NCBI RefSeq assembly: GCF_006345805.1
Contig: NC_042997.1
Coordinates: forward strand, 126,294,001-126,358,000
Origin: Octopus sinensis
Lineage: Eukaryota
Direction: 5' to 3'
DNA: 64,000 nucleotides
Of the stretch, positions 24,710 through 39,266 are shown piece after piece. A program made the translations under genes and the position numbers. How positions within the stretch are numbered: position 1 is the stretch's first letter; each line of letters opens with the position of its first letter. The notes beneath the pieces are model-generated. The model made no database searches, was not told where the DNA came from, and was given only the letters and a program-made list of their open reading frames with translations.

Positions 24710-25046
24710 AGTGGGGGCTCCAAAAGGGGTCTCAGTGAGTTGCGTCCCTACCTTCCTGAGCTAGTTTTCCACCATATTTTTTAAAAATTGTGGTAGAGGC
24801 CTTAGTCTCAGGACCACTCATGTCTAGAAACTGAGGTTGGGGGTAAACAAGGGTATGCTCCCTGTAGAAAATCCAGCTCCAAAAGAGCCTCATGATAGCA
24901 AAGGAGAATGGGCACCAACCAACCCAAAAGTTGGGGTGGGCTGCACCAGCTTATCTCGGTTGCTATGGTATTGAGGTAGATCTAGACACTCCTGTTAATG
25001 GGGACAAAACTCAGATTTAAAACACTGGATGAGGATGATGATGATA
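24710..25046 (+). mobile_element. Non-autonomous element ending in the RTE 3' tail also seen at 1037-1117
   Basis: Shared GCTATGG.ATTGAGGTAGATCT...GTTAA...GATTTAAAA.ACTGGAT...(GAT)n; upstream body is unrelated and non-coding. Confidence 0.6.
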
Positions 25047-25775
25047 CATGTAAAGTGCATCACTTAAACCTATTGCTGCCAGACTGGGAGTGAGGATGAT
25101 GATGGGGTCTATGCTGGTTTGAAACCATAATAGTTCACTTACTAATTATATGGGTATGGCTTAGGTCATTCCTAAGCCTATTGAATGTGTTGTCATTTGA
25201 CCCTCTTGATGTTGCCAAACCATCATCTCCACGTAGGTTTTAAAGGTAAAGTTTTCTCATCCCACCTATATGGAGGAAGGTATGTACTTGAATGCTGGCA
25301 GACTGTACTGTGTGTGTTCATTAGACGCAGGTAATGATCATGCTCGAATGGTGTTTTTTACGTGCCATCGGCACGGAGGCCAGCTTGTTGCTCTGGTAAC
25401 GATCTTGCTCATATGGTACTCTTAGTGGTCCACTAGCACGGATGCCAGTCATTGAATTTGATTTCGATATATATATATATATACACACATACATTTTAAT
25501 TTTCTGTAATGAGATAAAAAACTAAGGCTGTGTAGATTTTAGAACATTTATAAACAGGTCTTATGTTCTAAAATCTACACTGTATTGGTTTTTTTATCTC
25601 ATTACGGAAAAAAAAAAATTATAAACACACACTGATATATGACCTATGTTGGACCCCTTCCTCGCATAATCACTGAACCTGGATCTCAACTATGGTCTAT
25701 CCATAGCACTTATTCAGTATTATCTGAAACCTTTGGTCGTCACTGACACCATTACCTCTCATAACCTATATATAT

Positions 25776-26290
25776 ATATCATCATCATCATCGTTTAGCG
25801 TCCGTTTTCCATGCTAGCATGGGTTGGACGGTTCAACTGGGGTCTGTGAAGCCGGAAGGCTTCATCAGGCCTAGTCAGATCTGGCAGTGTTTCTACGGCT
25901 GGATGCCCTTCCTAACGCCAACCACTCCGTGAGTGTAGTGGGTGCTTTTTACGTGCCACCTGCACAGGTGCCAGACAGAGCTGGCAAGCGGCCACGAACG
26001 GATGGTGCTTTTTATGTGCCACCGGCACGGGGGCCAGGCGAGGCTGGCAACAGACATGAACGGATGGTGCTTTTTACGTGCCACCGGCACAAGGCCAGTC
26101 GGGGCGGCGCTGGCAACGGTCATGAACGGATGGTTCTCTTACATTCCACCAGCACTGGTAACACATCTGCAATTTCCATTGATTGATTTCGATTCTGATC
26201 CTCACTTGCCTCAACAGGTCTTCACAAGTAGAGTTTTGTGTCCCAAGAAGGGAAGGTATGCATACGTAGGCTGGCTCCATCCGATGTAGA
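25776..26290 (-). mobile_element. Repeat family C, long copy with internal tandem subrepeats
   Basis: Family C hallmarks plus a repeated GAACGGATGGTGCTTTTTACGTGCCACCGGCAC unit. Confidence 0.85.
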
Positions 26291-26727
26291 AGGCCATATA
26301 TATATATATATATGTATGTATATACATATATATGCATATATATACATTTATATATATATGTGTGTGTGTGTGTGTGTATATATACACATACATATATGTG
26401 CATGCATGTATACATATATTAATATATATATGTATGTATATTTATACATATATAAATATGGGCATGGCTGTGTGGTTAGGGAGCTTGCTTTCTAGCTACA
26501 TGGTTTCGGGTTCAGTCCCACTACGTGGCACTTTGGGTAGGTGTCTTCCACTATAGCCCCGAGCTGACCGGAGCTTTGTGATTGAATTCGGTAGGTGGAA
26601 GTTACTGCCGTGTGTGCATATGTGCGTGTAGGTGCTTGTGCCTCTCCCAAAGAGAGAGAGGGAAAAAAAAAATGATCTACATATATTTTATTTGAGAAAT
26701 ATTTGTATATATATGTATATACATACA

Positions 26728-26785
<58 letters not shown>

Positions 26786-26896
26786 AGAGGCACACATGCA
26801 CATATATGTAGGGTGTTCCTATTCATTTGCACAAGGAAAAAATTTCAAATGAAATATGAAATAACTCTGTGCTCTGATGTCGGTAGGTATGTACGA

Positions 26897-27041
26897 TTTT
26901 TATTTAATTATGCTGACAATTGAACAAATTGTTTCATTACTCAAGGGAACTTTTTCAAAGTAAGCTTTGCTAGCATTAGTTGAGAAAGGACCTTTGAGGA
27001 ATGAAACAATTTGTACAGTTGTCAGCATCATTAAATAAAAA
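26897..27041. repeat. Imperfect palindrome (MITE-like)
   Basis: TTTTATTTAATTATGCTGACAATTGAACAAATTGTTTCATT vs AATGAAACAATTTGTACAGTTGTCAGCATCATTAAATAAAA. Confidence 0.8.
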
Positions 27042-27529
27042 TTATATCATCAACATCATCATCATCATTGTTTTAATGTCCACTTTTCCATTTTTTTATG
27101 GTTCAGATAGAATTTGTTGAGACAGATGTTCTATGACCTGATGCCCTTTCTATTGCCATCTCTCACATCTCACAAGTTAACGAGTAAGGTAATATCTCCC
27201 CTTGGCCAGACATGTTTTCATGATAGAGTGGAAATGAAGGATACTGCATGTATGATGGTGTTGCTTGTTTACAACTGTCATACAAGACCAAAACAAGGAA
27301 ATGCACACTTGCACGCACGGGTACACACACACATGCACACACACACCATTCTCTCACACAGCAGGCTTCTATCAAATCCACTTACGAGCTTTGTTTGGCC
27401 TTGGGCTATAGGAGAAAACATTTGTCCAAGGAGAATAAACAAAAGTAGCATGGTTGAAAACTTCTTACCCATGTGGCCATGTCTACATATATATATATAT
27501 ATATATATATTAATATACATACATAAGTG

Positions 27530-27945
27530 CAGGCGTGGCAGTGTCATAAGAAGCTTGCTTCCCAATCACATGGTTATGGGTTCAGTCCTACTGTATGGAA
27601 CTTTGGGCAAGTGCCTGCCTTCTCCTATAACCTCAGGCCACTGACCAAAGCCTTGTGAGTGGATCTAGTGGAAACTGAAAGAAGTCTGTTGTATGTATAT
27701 ATATATGTATATATCAATGCGCATGTGTGTGTCTTTGTGTTTGTGTTTATTCCCCATCATTGCTTGACAAACAGTGTTGGTGTGTTTTTGTTCCTGTAAC
27801 TTAGTGGTTTGGCAAAAGAGACCGATAGAATAAGTACTAGGGCTGAAAAAATAAGGTGGGTGATTGATTTCTTTGACTAAAGACCCTTCAAGGCGGTGCT
27901 CCAGCATGGCCACAGTCAAATAACTGAAACAAGTAAAAGAATAAA
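27530..27945 (+). mobile_element. SINE family A variant
   Basis: Family A head and tail recognisable. Confidence 0.85.
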
Positions 27946-28176
27946 AGAATACACATGCACACATCTATCTATCAATCTCTATACATATACATATATATAT
28001 TCTGAGACCCCCTTCGGTCACGACACAGACCATGGGATTGCACCTGGAAAGTTGCCCTGCCAGGCACAAGTCTGGGCAAGGTTGTTTATGGAAGACCAGC
28101 AGTCGCCCATGCATACCAGCCTCCCCTATCAACACCACCAGTGTTATCCAAGGAAAAGGCAACGGCCGATATATAT

Positions 28177-28464
28177 AACAATTGCAGCATGGAAGGTGTT
28201 TATAAGCCATTTAAAAACACACAAAAACTGTTAGATTCACTTCAACATTTAAATTTAATTTGCCAAAATATTTTCGTTGCTTTGAGACCACGACCTGTTC
28301 ACTGACGAAATCCCATGCTGCAGCACGGAATTTTGTCAGTGAACAGGTTGTGGTCTCAAAGCAACGAAAATATTTTGGCTAATTAAATTTAAATGTTGAA
28401 GTGAATCTAACGGTTTTGTGTGTTTCTTAAATGGCTTATAAACACCTTCCATGCTGCAATTGTT
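28177..28464. repeat. Near-perfect 288-bp palindrome with no spacer
   Basis: Symmetry axis between 28320 and 28321 (TGCTG|CAGCA); arms pair out to AACAATTGCAGC / GCTGCAATTGTT. Confidence 0.95.
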
Positions 28465-28498
<34 letters not shown>

Positions 28499-29071
28499 AT
28501 ATATATATAGTTTAGATGTCTAAGCAGTGGACATCTACACATTAATTCTATAAGACAATGCTAACAGTGTATCTAATTATAATTTACACTCAGTTATGAA
28601 TGCATACATACATACATACATACACATATATACATATATGCATACATATGTATATATATGTATATACATGTATATATATTTATATAGATATGCACACACA
28701 CACACATATATATATATATCTATATACATACACACACATATATTTATGTATATATATATATTTATATATGTATATATTTATACATGTGTATATATATTTT
28801 ATTTAGAGATAGTCCCTTTCATCCCACCATATAAAAGAATTTTAATTTAATTTAATACTTACTACTCATTTCTCAGCTACGCGTGTTTCTTGAGGTTCTT
28901 TTACAGTTCCTTAAGTACGCAGTGTTTTACAGAGGCTTTTCTTAAAATGTAACCCCAATCATCAGGCCTCTAAATAACTTTATCATAGTTCCATACCAAA
29001 TACTATATTTTAATTTTGAAACTGGAAAACCAGGCCCATGAGCCTGGCTAGGCTTTAAAAAAGGGCGCATT

Positions 29072-29147
<76 letters not shown>

Positions 29148-29704
29148 GTCTTCATATATATATTTATATATGTATGTTTTCACACACACACAGACACATA
29201 TTTAGCAATACTAAATCTCTGAGAGAGATGTAAACAGTAGTAGCATGACGTTGTGAAGTATATTTGCCACCAAAATGTGGCTGACTCATATGGGACGATG
29301 CTACTGTAGTTTATAGCTCCAGGAAGACATCTCCTCCAGCTGGCTAATGACACACTGTCAGTGCCCGATCAGTATTTGCAAAGGGAAATCATCATTCCTA
29401 TCTCTAGCCTCACATGATACACATGGACCCAGGTTTCTGAGTAATAACCCATCATCAGTATATGACAATCACCAACTAGGGATGAGAAGTGATTTTGAAT
29501 GCAAATAAATATGCTTTTTCCAGGGACAAAAAGTCGCTGATCCCAAAAAAGGAAAAACAAGCAATAATAAATCTTTGAGCGAGTTGTGTGTGTGTGTGTA
29601 TATATACATATATACATATATATATCAGTGAGTTGGACAGTGTGCTATGACCAGTGGTGTCAAATGGATGCCTGATGGACTGGTTGGTCAAGGTGATCAA
29701 GGTG

Positions 29705-29743
<39 letters not shown>

Positions 29744-29794
29744 AATTGTTGACGATTTTCTTCCTCTGTCTTCCCTTCTAATGGACTTTACTCT

Positions 29795-29830
29795 GTTTCT
29801 GAAGAGGAGCATCTGCTCGAAATGTTAAAC
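29795..29830 (+). ncRNA. Minimal type I hammerhead ribozyme motif
   Basis: GTTT-CTGAAGA-G-GAGC atct GCTC-GAAA-TG-T-T-AAAC: stem I GTTT/AAAC, stem II GAGC/GCTC. Confidence 0.6.
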
Positions 29831-29921
29831 CATCTTTCTTTCCTTCCCTGAGTGTCTGCTAATACTTTGCATGTACCATGTCTTTGCATTGTTATTTTTT
29901 GTGTTTGTTCTTTTTGGGATT

Positions 29922-29976
<55 letters not shown>

Positions 29977-30215
29977 TCTTTTAGCTCTTATTTTAACCTT
30001 TTACTTGTTTCAATCATTAGACTGAAGAGTTTTAGTTGAATGAATTGACCCCAGCACTTGCATTTTTACTAATTTTAGTACTTATTCTATCAATCTCTTT
30101 AGCTAAACCACTAAGCTATGGGAATATAAACAAACCAACACTGGTTGTCAAGTGGTGACAAACACTGACACAAAGATACACACACGTAGACATTTATATA
30201 TATAAAATGTATATA

Positions 30216-30420
30216 TCATCATCATCGTTTAATGTCCGTTTTCCATGCTAGCATGGGCTGGACGGTTCGACCAGGGTCTTGGAAGCCAGGAGGCTGCACC
30301 AGGCTCCAGTCTGATCTGGCAGTGTTTCTACAGCTGGATGCCCTTCCTAATGCCAACCACTCCATGAGTGTCATGGGTGCTTTTTTACGTGCCACCGGCA
30401 CAGGGGCCAGAGGAGGCTGG
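30216..30420 (-). mobile_element. Repeat family C
   Basis: Family C hallmarks. Confidence 0.85.
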
Positions 30421-30890
30421 CATTATATATATCAATGACAGACTTCCAAAAGTTTCCATTTGCCAAGTTCAGTCACAAGGCATTGACCAACCCAGGGCTA
30501 TCATAGAAAACATATGTATATATATATATGTATGTGTGTGTGTGTTTGTGTGTGGAGGGGTGTAGGTGTGGGTATGAATATATATATATTTGTGTATGCA
30601 ATCAACATTAACATACTGTGTCTGTCCAGTCCAACATCTACACAATGTATCTATGCAGCCAATATCAGCAGAGTCTTTATGACTACATACTATGTCTATC
30701 CAATCAATAGATGCAGATTGTGATTAACCGACCTACAAATTACATTGTGTTCCAAAACAATTGTTTTATTCACTCTTAAATAACTGAAATGAATGAATCA
30801 AAGGAAAAATAGAACAAAAATTAAACATAAAAAAAAAAAAAACTACATTAATTTTTATTTTATCTTTTGTTTTTATAAAATTTCTTTCAG

Positions 30891-30998
30891 AATGAAAAAG
30901 TCTACTGCAAACTTTTGAACAGCCTAATACATCCTCTGGGGGCTTCTGATACAATCTTTGGTCTGCGACCTGGTGACTTGACAGATTATCTACGTACA
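30891..30998 (+). CDS. Putative internal coding exon of an unidentified host gene (NEKVYCKLLNSLIHPLGASDTIFGLRPGDLTDYLRT)
   Basis: Pyrimidine-rich acceptor TTTCTTTCAG, 108 nt open in phase 0, donor GTATGT, higher GC and complexity than the flanks. Confidence 0.55.
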
Positions 30999-31899
30999 GT
31001 ATGTTATCATCTTTTATATTAACATTTTGGTCTTGTAATTTCCCATATGGCGCCAGTATTTGTATATATTAAATCAGGACAAACAATAAACAGTAATATA
31101 AACAGGCAATAAAGAGAAATATGAAGTTGGTGCTGGTAAGGATTCAAATATCTTTCTCTATTTAATGCTTAGGCATTTACTAAACATATTTTCATATAGA
31201 AAGACAATGCAGGGTTATTTCTGTTAGATTGTATAAGAAAACTAAAGTTCAGAAGTAAAACAAAGTTAATATTAAACTTTATAATGTCACACATGCTTTC
31301 CAATTTGCTTCTCATTCCCAGTTGGTGTGATCTTTACCAAACCCTCTTGCATTAAAATCTCCCAAGATGAACAACTTGTCAAGTTTCATGACAGATTTAA
31401 GAAGCAACTCAAAAATCTCCATCGCAGTTGAATTTAATATTTTCCATGTACAAAATAACTTACATTTTCATCAAAAGTGATTGTCAAGGAAAGAAAAGAA
31501 CTGAATTTCGATGTTTTTCAGTTGGGTTCTTCACCATAATAAGTCTGACACTTGGTTATTTTGGTTCTTCTTCCAGCTTTTTTACTGTATTATTTATACA
31601 TTCCTTCTCTGCCTTACAATGTCTGGATCAATAAAATAATTAATTGCCCTTTTTTTCTGTGAAACTAATTTCTGCAATGCTCCTACGTCAGTCTTGTTCA
31701 TTGAAAGCACTATCCAACCAGCATCATTCTTTCAAGTCTTAGCAATTTTTTATTCCATTCCATGTTTACTGTTTTAGCCAAAATATTAGCATCTGGTCCA
31801 AGTTAGGAAGAAGCAAACTAGGTTTAGGGCAGAGATTTTAGTCCTTTAACTCATTGTTGGAAATGATTAAAGTTTCTAAGCACCATCTGCACGTGGTTG

Positions 31900-32170
31900 A
31901 TACCAGTTTTCCCTGACTGGCTCCCTTACTGGTGGCACGTAAAAAGCACTCACTACACTTTTGAAGTGGTTGGCATTAGGAAAGGTAACCAGCTGTAGAA
32001 ACCTTGTCAGATCAGACTGGGGCCTGGTGCAGCCTACTGGCTTGCCAGTCCTCAGTCAAGCCATCCAACCCATGCTAGCATGGAAAGCAGACGTTAAACG
32101 ACGACGGCGACGGCGACGACAACGACGACGAGGACGGCGACGACGACGATGACGACGACGACGACGACGA
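31900..32170 (+). mobile_element. Repeat family C with (GAC)n tail
   Basis: TGGTTGGCATTAGGAAAGG...GCATGGAAAGCAGACGTTAAACGACGAC. Confidence 0.85.
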
Positions 32171-32343
32171 GAGTTGGCAAGTCACTTAGCTGCTAAATTC
32201 TGGGATGACAACACAACCATTGACTGCCAAAATGGGACAACTGGCCATAGCTGTTTTGATGCTGGCAATTTGACACAGCTGAGTGGATGTTGTTCCTGTT
32301 TGAGCAACAGTATTTTTTGGCACTGGAGGTAAATACACACATG

Positions 32344-32410
<67 letters not shown>

Positions 32411-32549
32411 GCAGACATGATGGTTAGAGGTTCAGATAGGTGCAGTGACATGGACGATAGACAAATGATTGATGAGAGGGCCAAGCAATAGAGTGGCAAA
32501 ATGTGAATCTCATATAGCAGGGAACTTGTAGTTAAGAGCATAGAAACTC

Positions 32550-32624
32550 ATCATCATCATCATCATCATCATCATCAACACCATCAACACCACCATCAAC
32601 ACCATCAACACCACCCACCATCAC

Positions 32625-32656
<32 letters not shown>

Positions 32657-32737
32657 CCCCCCACCATCATCATCATCATCATCATCATCATCACCACCAC
32701 CATCACCACCACCACCACCATCATCACCACCACCACC

Positions 32738-32769
<32 letters not shown>

Positions 32770-32830
32770 TACCACAACAACCACCACCACCATCACCACC
32801 ACGATCATCACGATCATCACAATCATCACG

Positions 32831-32860
<30 letters not shown>
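32550..32860. repeat. (CAT)n/(CAC)n microsatellite
   Basis: Direct observation. Confidence 0.95.
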
Positions 32861-32861
<1 letters not shown>

Positions 32862-33269
32862 CTGTCACACAGCATCCATTTTCTGTACTAGCAATGGGTC
32901 GGATGGTTTGACAGGAGCCGGTCAGCCAGAGGAGTGCATTAAACTATGCGTCTGCTTCAGCCTGGTTTTGCTGGCTTGTTGCCCTTCCAAATGCCAACGT
33001 CAACAAAGAGACAGAGAAAAAGTAGGCTTATTGAAGGTGGAGTGAAAGAGTGATAAAAAGAAAAGCTGTGAGATCAAGAGTGAGAAGATGTAAGGAAAGT
33101 GAGGAAGAAAGAGACTGATGAGAGATAAGTTTAGAAAGAAAGAGAGGAGGAAAAAGAAAAAAGAGAAAGAAGGCAATAGAGAAAAGACGAAGATTTGAAA
33201 TAATCAGATTAGGCTAGAAATATAAATCTTAGTTTGAGGTAAATAGAGAGGAAATGGTAGTTCAACTTG

Positions 33270-34230
<961 letters not shown>

Positions 34231-34497
34231 AAGTAAAGGTTTATATTTTACATTTATATTTCTCACTTGAACATTTTTAATTGCGCTTTTACAATAAAAG
34301 TAATTACACTTTTCCACATACTAAATAAAGTTTTCTTGAGGTGTGGGCATGGATATATTGTAACAAATATTGCTGCCTAACCACATGATTTTGTGCACCA
34401 TTTTGTATCAGGACAATTTGAGTATTTTCTTTCATTGCTCTCAGCTGATAAATGTAATATGAGTGAAATTCTCAAGTAGAAACTGTATGGATACCCA

Positions 34498-34528
<31 letters not shown>

Positions 34529-35036
34529 GATGGACACACACATGCACACACACATACGTATTTATATATGTGTGTGTGTGTATATATATTTTATTGGGAG
34601 CTACATGTATGGACCAAAACAGTTTGATTCAAATTCGTTGGTACTCCAAGTTTCAAGCCATTTTGAATTTGGATCAAACTGTTTTGACCTTCCCTCCATA
34701 TATATATATATGTAGGTATTTGGAGGGGCAATGGCCCAGTGGTTAGGGTAGTGGAGTTGCGGTCGTAGGATCGCGGTTTTGATTCCCAGACTGGGCGTTG
34801 TGAGTGTTTATAAAGCTCAACGAGGCTCTGGCAGGGGGTGGTGGTGATCCCTGCTGTACTCTTTTGCCACAACTCTCTCTCACTCTTTCTTCTGTTGGCC
34901 TGCTCGCTTAGCCAGCGAGGTGGCGTCATCTGAAGGCGAAAACAATGTGAAGCTCATTGTGACCAGCGATGTGTAGCAACATCTGATAGCCTGGTCGGTC
35001 ACAGTGATCACGGTAATATATATATATATGTGAGTG

Positions 35037-35074
<38 letters not shown>

Positions 35075-35371
35075 GTGTGTGTGTATGTGCACCACACATA
35101 TATATATATTATATATATATGTGTATTTATGTATGTATGCATATGTTGAATGAAGAAAAACAAGAGAAAGCACAAGAGGGATATGTTTCTTGAAAGTGTT
35201 ATTAGTTTAACACTTGAAAAGAAAAAGAGAAGGGTGATGGAGAAAGGAGAAGAGAAGAAAAAAGTTAGGGGCCAAGTGGGAATGCAGTTCTGTGAGGAGG
35301 AGTGAAGAGAGGAAGAAAGGGGAAGTTGTATGCATATAAAGGAGAATATCTATGCAAGGAGCTGAGCATAT

Positions 35372-35406
<35 letters not shown>

Positions 35407-36652
35407 CAATGTGGGGTGCAGGTGGTTGACTGGGGATGAGTGGTGATGAGATGGATGAGGTTAAGTTGTGAGGGAGGTATGGAAGCAGAAAAAAATGTGG
35501 GAAACTGGAGTAAATGGTATAATTGGTGAGCCAAAAAAATTAAGGCATACATAAATAGAAGAATTGTTTCAAAGATAAAGGTGGAAAATAATAAGTGGTA
35601 AAAAATATGTCAATATTCAAAAGAAAGAGAACAGTTGAGCATGAAAGAGCATGTAAAAAGACAAGGGAATATATATAATATAAGGAATATATATAAATCA
35701 TGTGATTATTGAAAAAAAGGAGAGTTGCCAAAGATAGAGATGCTTATTGAAAGGGTATAGAAAACAGACAGTAAAGAAAAATGTTATTTCACAGCAAAAA
35801 AGGTACACATGCAGAGAAAAGGAGTTGCAAAATCAATAAAGTGGAACAGGAAGAATTATGGTGAAAGGCAGAGAAGATTGGAAGAGAAGGATTAAAAAAT
35901 TATATGTACAACATGTGGAAATTATGGCTGAGAATTTGGTATTGGAAATGGGAGAAGTTGTAACAGGAAGAGAAAATTGTACAGAGGATATAAAATGAAA
36001 TGTTATTAAAAGAGGATGTGAATAAAAACTGTAGGGTGGAAAATTGATTTACACAGGTTGAGAGAATGGGAACAGAAGGGTTAAAAAAATATACATGTAC
36101 CATGTGGAGGAGAAGTTTGGAAGGATATTAAAAAGGATGTAAAAAAAGGGTGTGTAAAAAAAAAAGAGTTAGTTTGTATGGATTGAGAGAAAGTGTTGAA
36201 GTCCAATAGAGATGGTAAAGTTTCCAGGAAGTAAAGGTAATCCAGTGTTGTAAGAGATAAAGGAATGATTTAATGGTCAGTTCGAGGCAAAAATACATGT
36301 GGTGTGGTGGATATTTTATGGAGCTAGAGATAGTAATGGAGTGGGAGGGCGAAACCAGAGAAGATAAAAGACAGGGTCTCAGTGCGTTAAATGTATGTGC
36401 AAGGTGGTGGTGGTGATGGTGGTGGTAGTAGTATGTGTGCATGAATGGTCAGTAGTCAGGCATGCAGCGAGTGGCAGGTGGAAGTGAGGGTTAGTATGGG
36501 TATAGACAAAAAGGGTAACATCAGAAGTAGTAACAACAGGAAGAAAACTAATTATATATCACCCTATCCATGCACACACACACACACACACACGTGTTTA
36601 TACATGTGTTTGTGAGTATGTATATATATATATATGTGTATGTATATGTATG

Positions 36653-36683
<31 letters not shown>

Positions 36684-37027
36684 GTATATATATATATATT
36701 ACCAATTGATTTCACACTAGGGGTTCAATGGCTTGTTATATGACAGCCCAGTTATGTAACCTTGTACTCTTCAGAGATGGCAATTATGGAATGAAATAAA
36801 GTGACAACTATCTATTGTTAAGGGTCAGACTCAGATAGCTATCTGACTAGTTGCCTATACAGCTAAGCACCTTATAGTTGTGAAACCAACTGTCACTCTC
36901 TGACCAGCCATAACAAAACAACCTTCTAAGCATTACTACTATGTTTTAGAGTATCCTTTTTTTCTAGGATATATGAACTACCAACTGATAGACACTCACA
37001 CACACACACACACATACATCGTCGTTG

Positions 37028-37059
<32 letters not shown>

Positions 37060-37319
37060 TTCTTCATCATCATCATGTTCATCTATTTTTCATGTTGGCT
37101 TGTGTTGGTTGGTTTGACAGAGAACTGTCTAGACGCCAATTGTCTGTTTTGGCAAGGTTTCTACAGCTGGCTGCCCTTCCTAACATCAACCACTTTGAGA
37201 GTGTAGTGGATGCTTTTTATGTGCCACCGGTATCGGAGCCAGTCAAGCGGCACTGACATTGGCCACACTCAGATGGTGCTTTTTATGTGCCAGTCAAGCA
37301 GCACTGTATATGTGGTGTG

Positions 37320-37720
37320 TGCGTGTGTGTGTGTGTGCAGGTGTTGTGTGGTAAGAAGTTTGTTTCCCAACCATATGGTTCTAGGTTCAGTTCCACTGCG
37401 TAATACCTTGGGCAAGTGTCTTTCACTCTAGCCTCAGTTTGAGCAAAGCCTTGTGAGTGGATTTGGTAGATGGAAACTGAAAAAAGCTTGTCATATATAT
37501 ATGTGTGTGTGTGTTTTGTGTCTGTATTTGTTCCCTACTGCCAATTGACAACTGGCGTTGTAGTGTTTTTGTCCTCTGTAACTTAGTGGTTCAGCAAAAG
37601 AGACCAATAGAATAAGACCCAGGTTTAAAAAAAAACAGTGCCGGGGTTGATACATTTGACTAAAAATTCATCAAGGTGGTGCTCCAGCATGACCACAGTC
37701 CAGCAACTAAAACAAGTATA
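37320..37720 (+). mobile_element. SINE family A variant
   Basis: Family A head and tail recognisable. Confidence 0.8.
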
Positions 37721-37809
37721 CACATAAATGAGTAAATGAATATGCCCCAGCATGGCCACAGCTCATGAGATGAAACTAGAATCAATCAATCAATCATATA
37801 TATATATAT

Positions 37810-38147
37810 ATTGTTACCTGCGTCGCCTTACTGGTACTTGTGCTGGTGGCACGTGAAAAAACATTTGAGCGAGGTTGTTGCCAGTGCTCCTGTGCAGGTG
37901 GCACATAAAAAGCTCCATTTGAGCGTGGTCATTGCCAGTACCGCCTGACAGGCCCTCGTGCTGGTGGCACATAAAAGCACCTGCTACACTCTTGGAGTGG
38001 TTGGCGTTAGGAAGGGCATCTGGCTGTAGAAACTCTGCCAGATCAGATTGGAGTCTGGTGCAGCCATCTGGTTCGCCAGACCTCAGTCAAATCGTCCAAC
38101 CCATGCTAGCATGGAAAGCAGACGTTAAACAATGATGATGATGATGA
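37810..38147 (+). mobile_element. Repeat family C with (GAT)n tail
   Basis: Family C hallmarks. Confidence 0.85.
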
Positions 38148-38636
38148 TATATTATATATATATATATACATATATAAAACACAAAAAGGAATGAAGAATT
38201 ATGCATTTTTAATTCATAATTTATAATCCATTAGCAAAATCATGATGGCTGTTGGATTATGTATTATAAATTATGAATTAAAAGTAAAACAATCTCCATT
38301 CTTCTTTGTTTTAAACTGTAGATTGAATTCTTCAGAAATGAACTTTAGATTTACAAATATAATTGAAACACAAATTAATTGTATCAGCTACATGGTTTCC
38401 AACGATTCTCACTGGGCTTGATCTATTGTAACTTGACTAAGAGTCAAGTTATAATACAACAGTGCTGAAAAGTGCTTAAAAAGTATTTGTATGGATTTTG
38501 CTATCCCTATTCTTTTGTGTGGGTGTGTGTATGGGTGTGTTTGACTGTATGAATGTGTGTGTGTGTGCGTGCATGTCTGTATGTGTGTATATATATATTT
38601 AAAGATAGATATATAGATATACATAAATATGCATAT

Positions 38637-38685
<49 letters not shown>

Positions 38686-39266
38686 ATATATATATATATA
38701 TATATATATAATAATTATTTGAGGGAATAATATTCCTAACTTACAGGAATAATATATATATATATATACACATTTTAAACATGTATATAGGTATACATAT
38801 ATGCATGTATCTATCTATTTATCTATCTGTCTATATATATATATGTATATATACACACACACACACACACGCAAAACATGTTTATTGCAATGAATATCAA
38901 CAATAAGAAGTGAAACTGGTTTGTTATTATGTACTTTAGAATATTTAATTATGTATTTTCATAATTATGTGCCTTGGAGTGTTAATAAAGTATTTTGAAA
39001 TGATCTGATTATTGGAATGTATTTTATGTATGATAAGATATTTTGGAATATGTAATAACATATTTTGAAATAATTTGATTGTGATAATCTGTTTTTGAAT
39101 TGAAATTGTATTTTGAAATGACTTGATTGTAATAATGTACTTTTGAATTCACTGCAATATAAAAGGAACAGAACAGTTTCTTCTTTTTATTATTATTTTT
39201 CTAAATCTGATTGCTTGTGTGATATATATATATATACATATATATCTATATCTATATCTATATATA

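Noticed and set aside
35180-36540. Long purine-rich, strand-asymmetric tract
   Set aside because: Degenerate GA-rich low-complexity DNA with no periodicity or ORF I could support.
38410-38470. Candidate minus-strand micro-exon (LLYYNLTLSQVTIDQA)
   Set aside because: Too short, on the opposite strand to the best exon, and unsupported.
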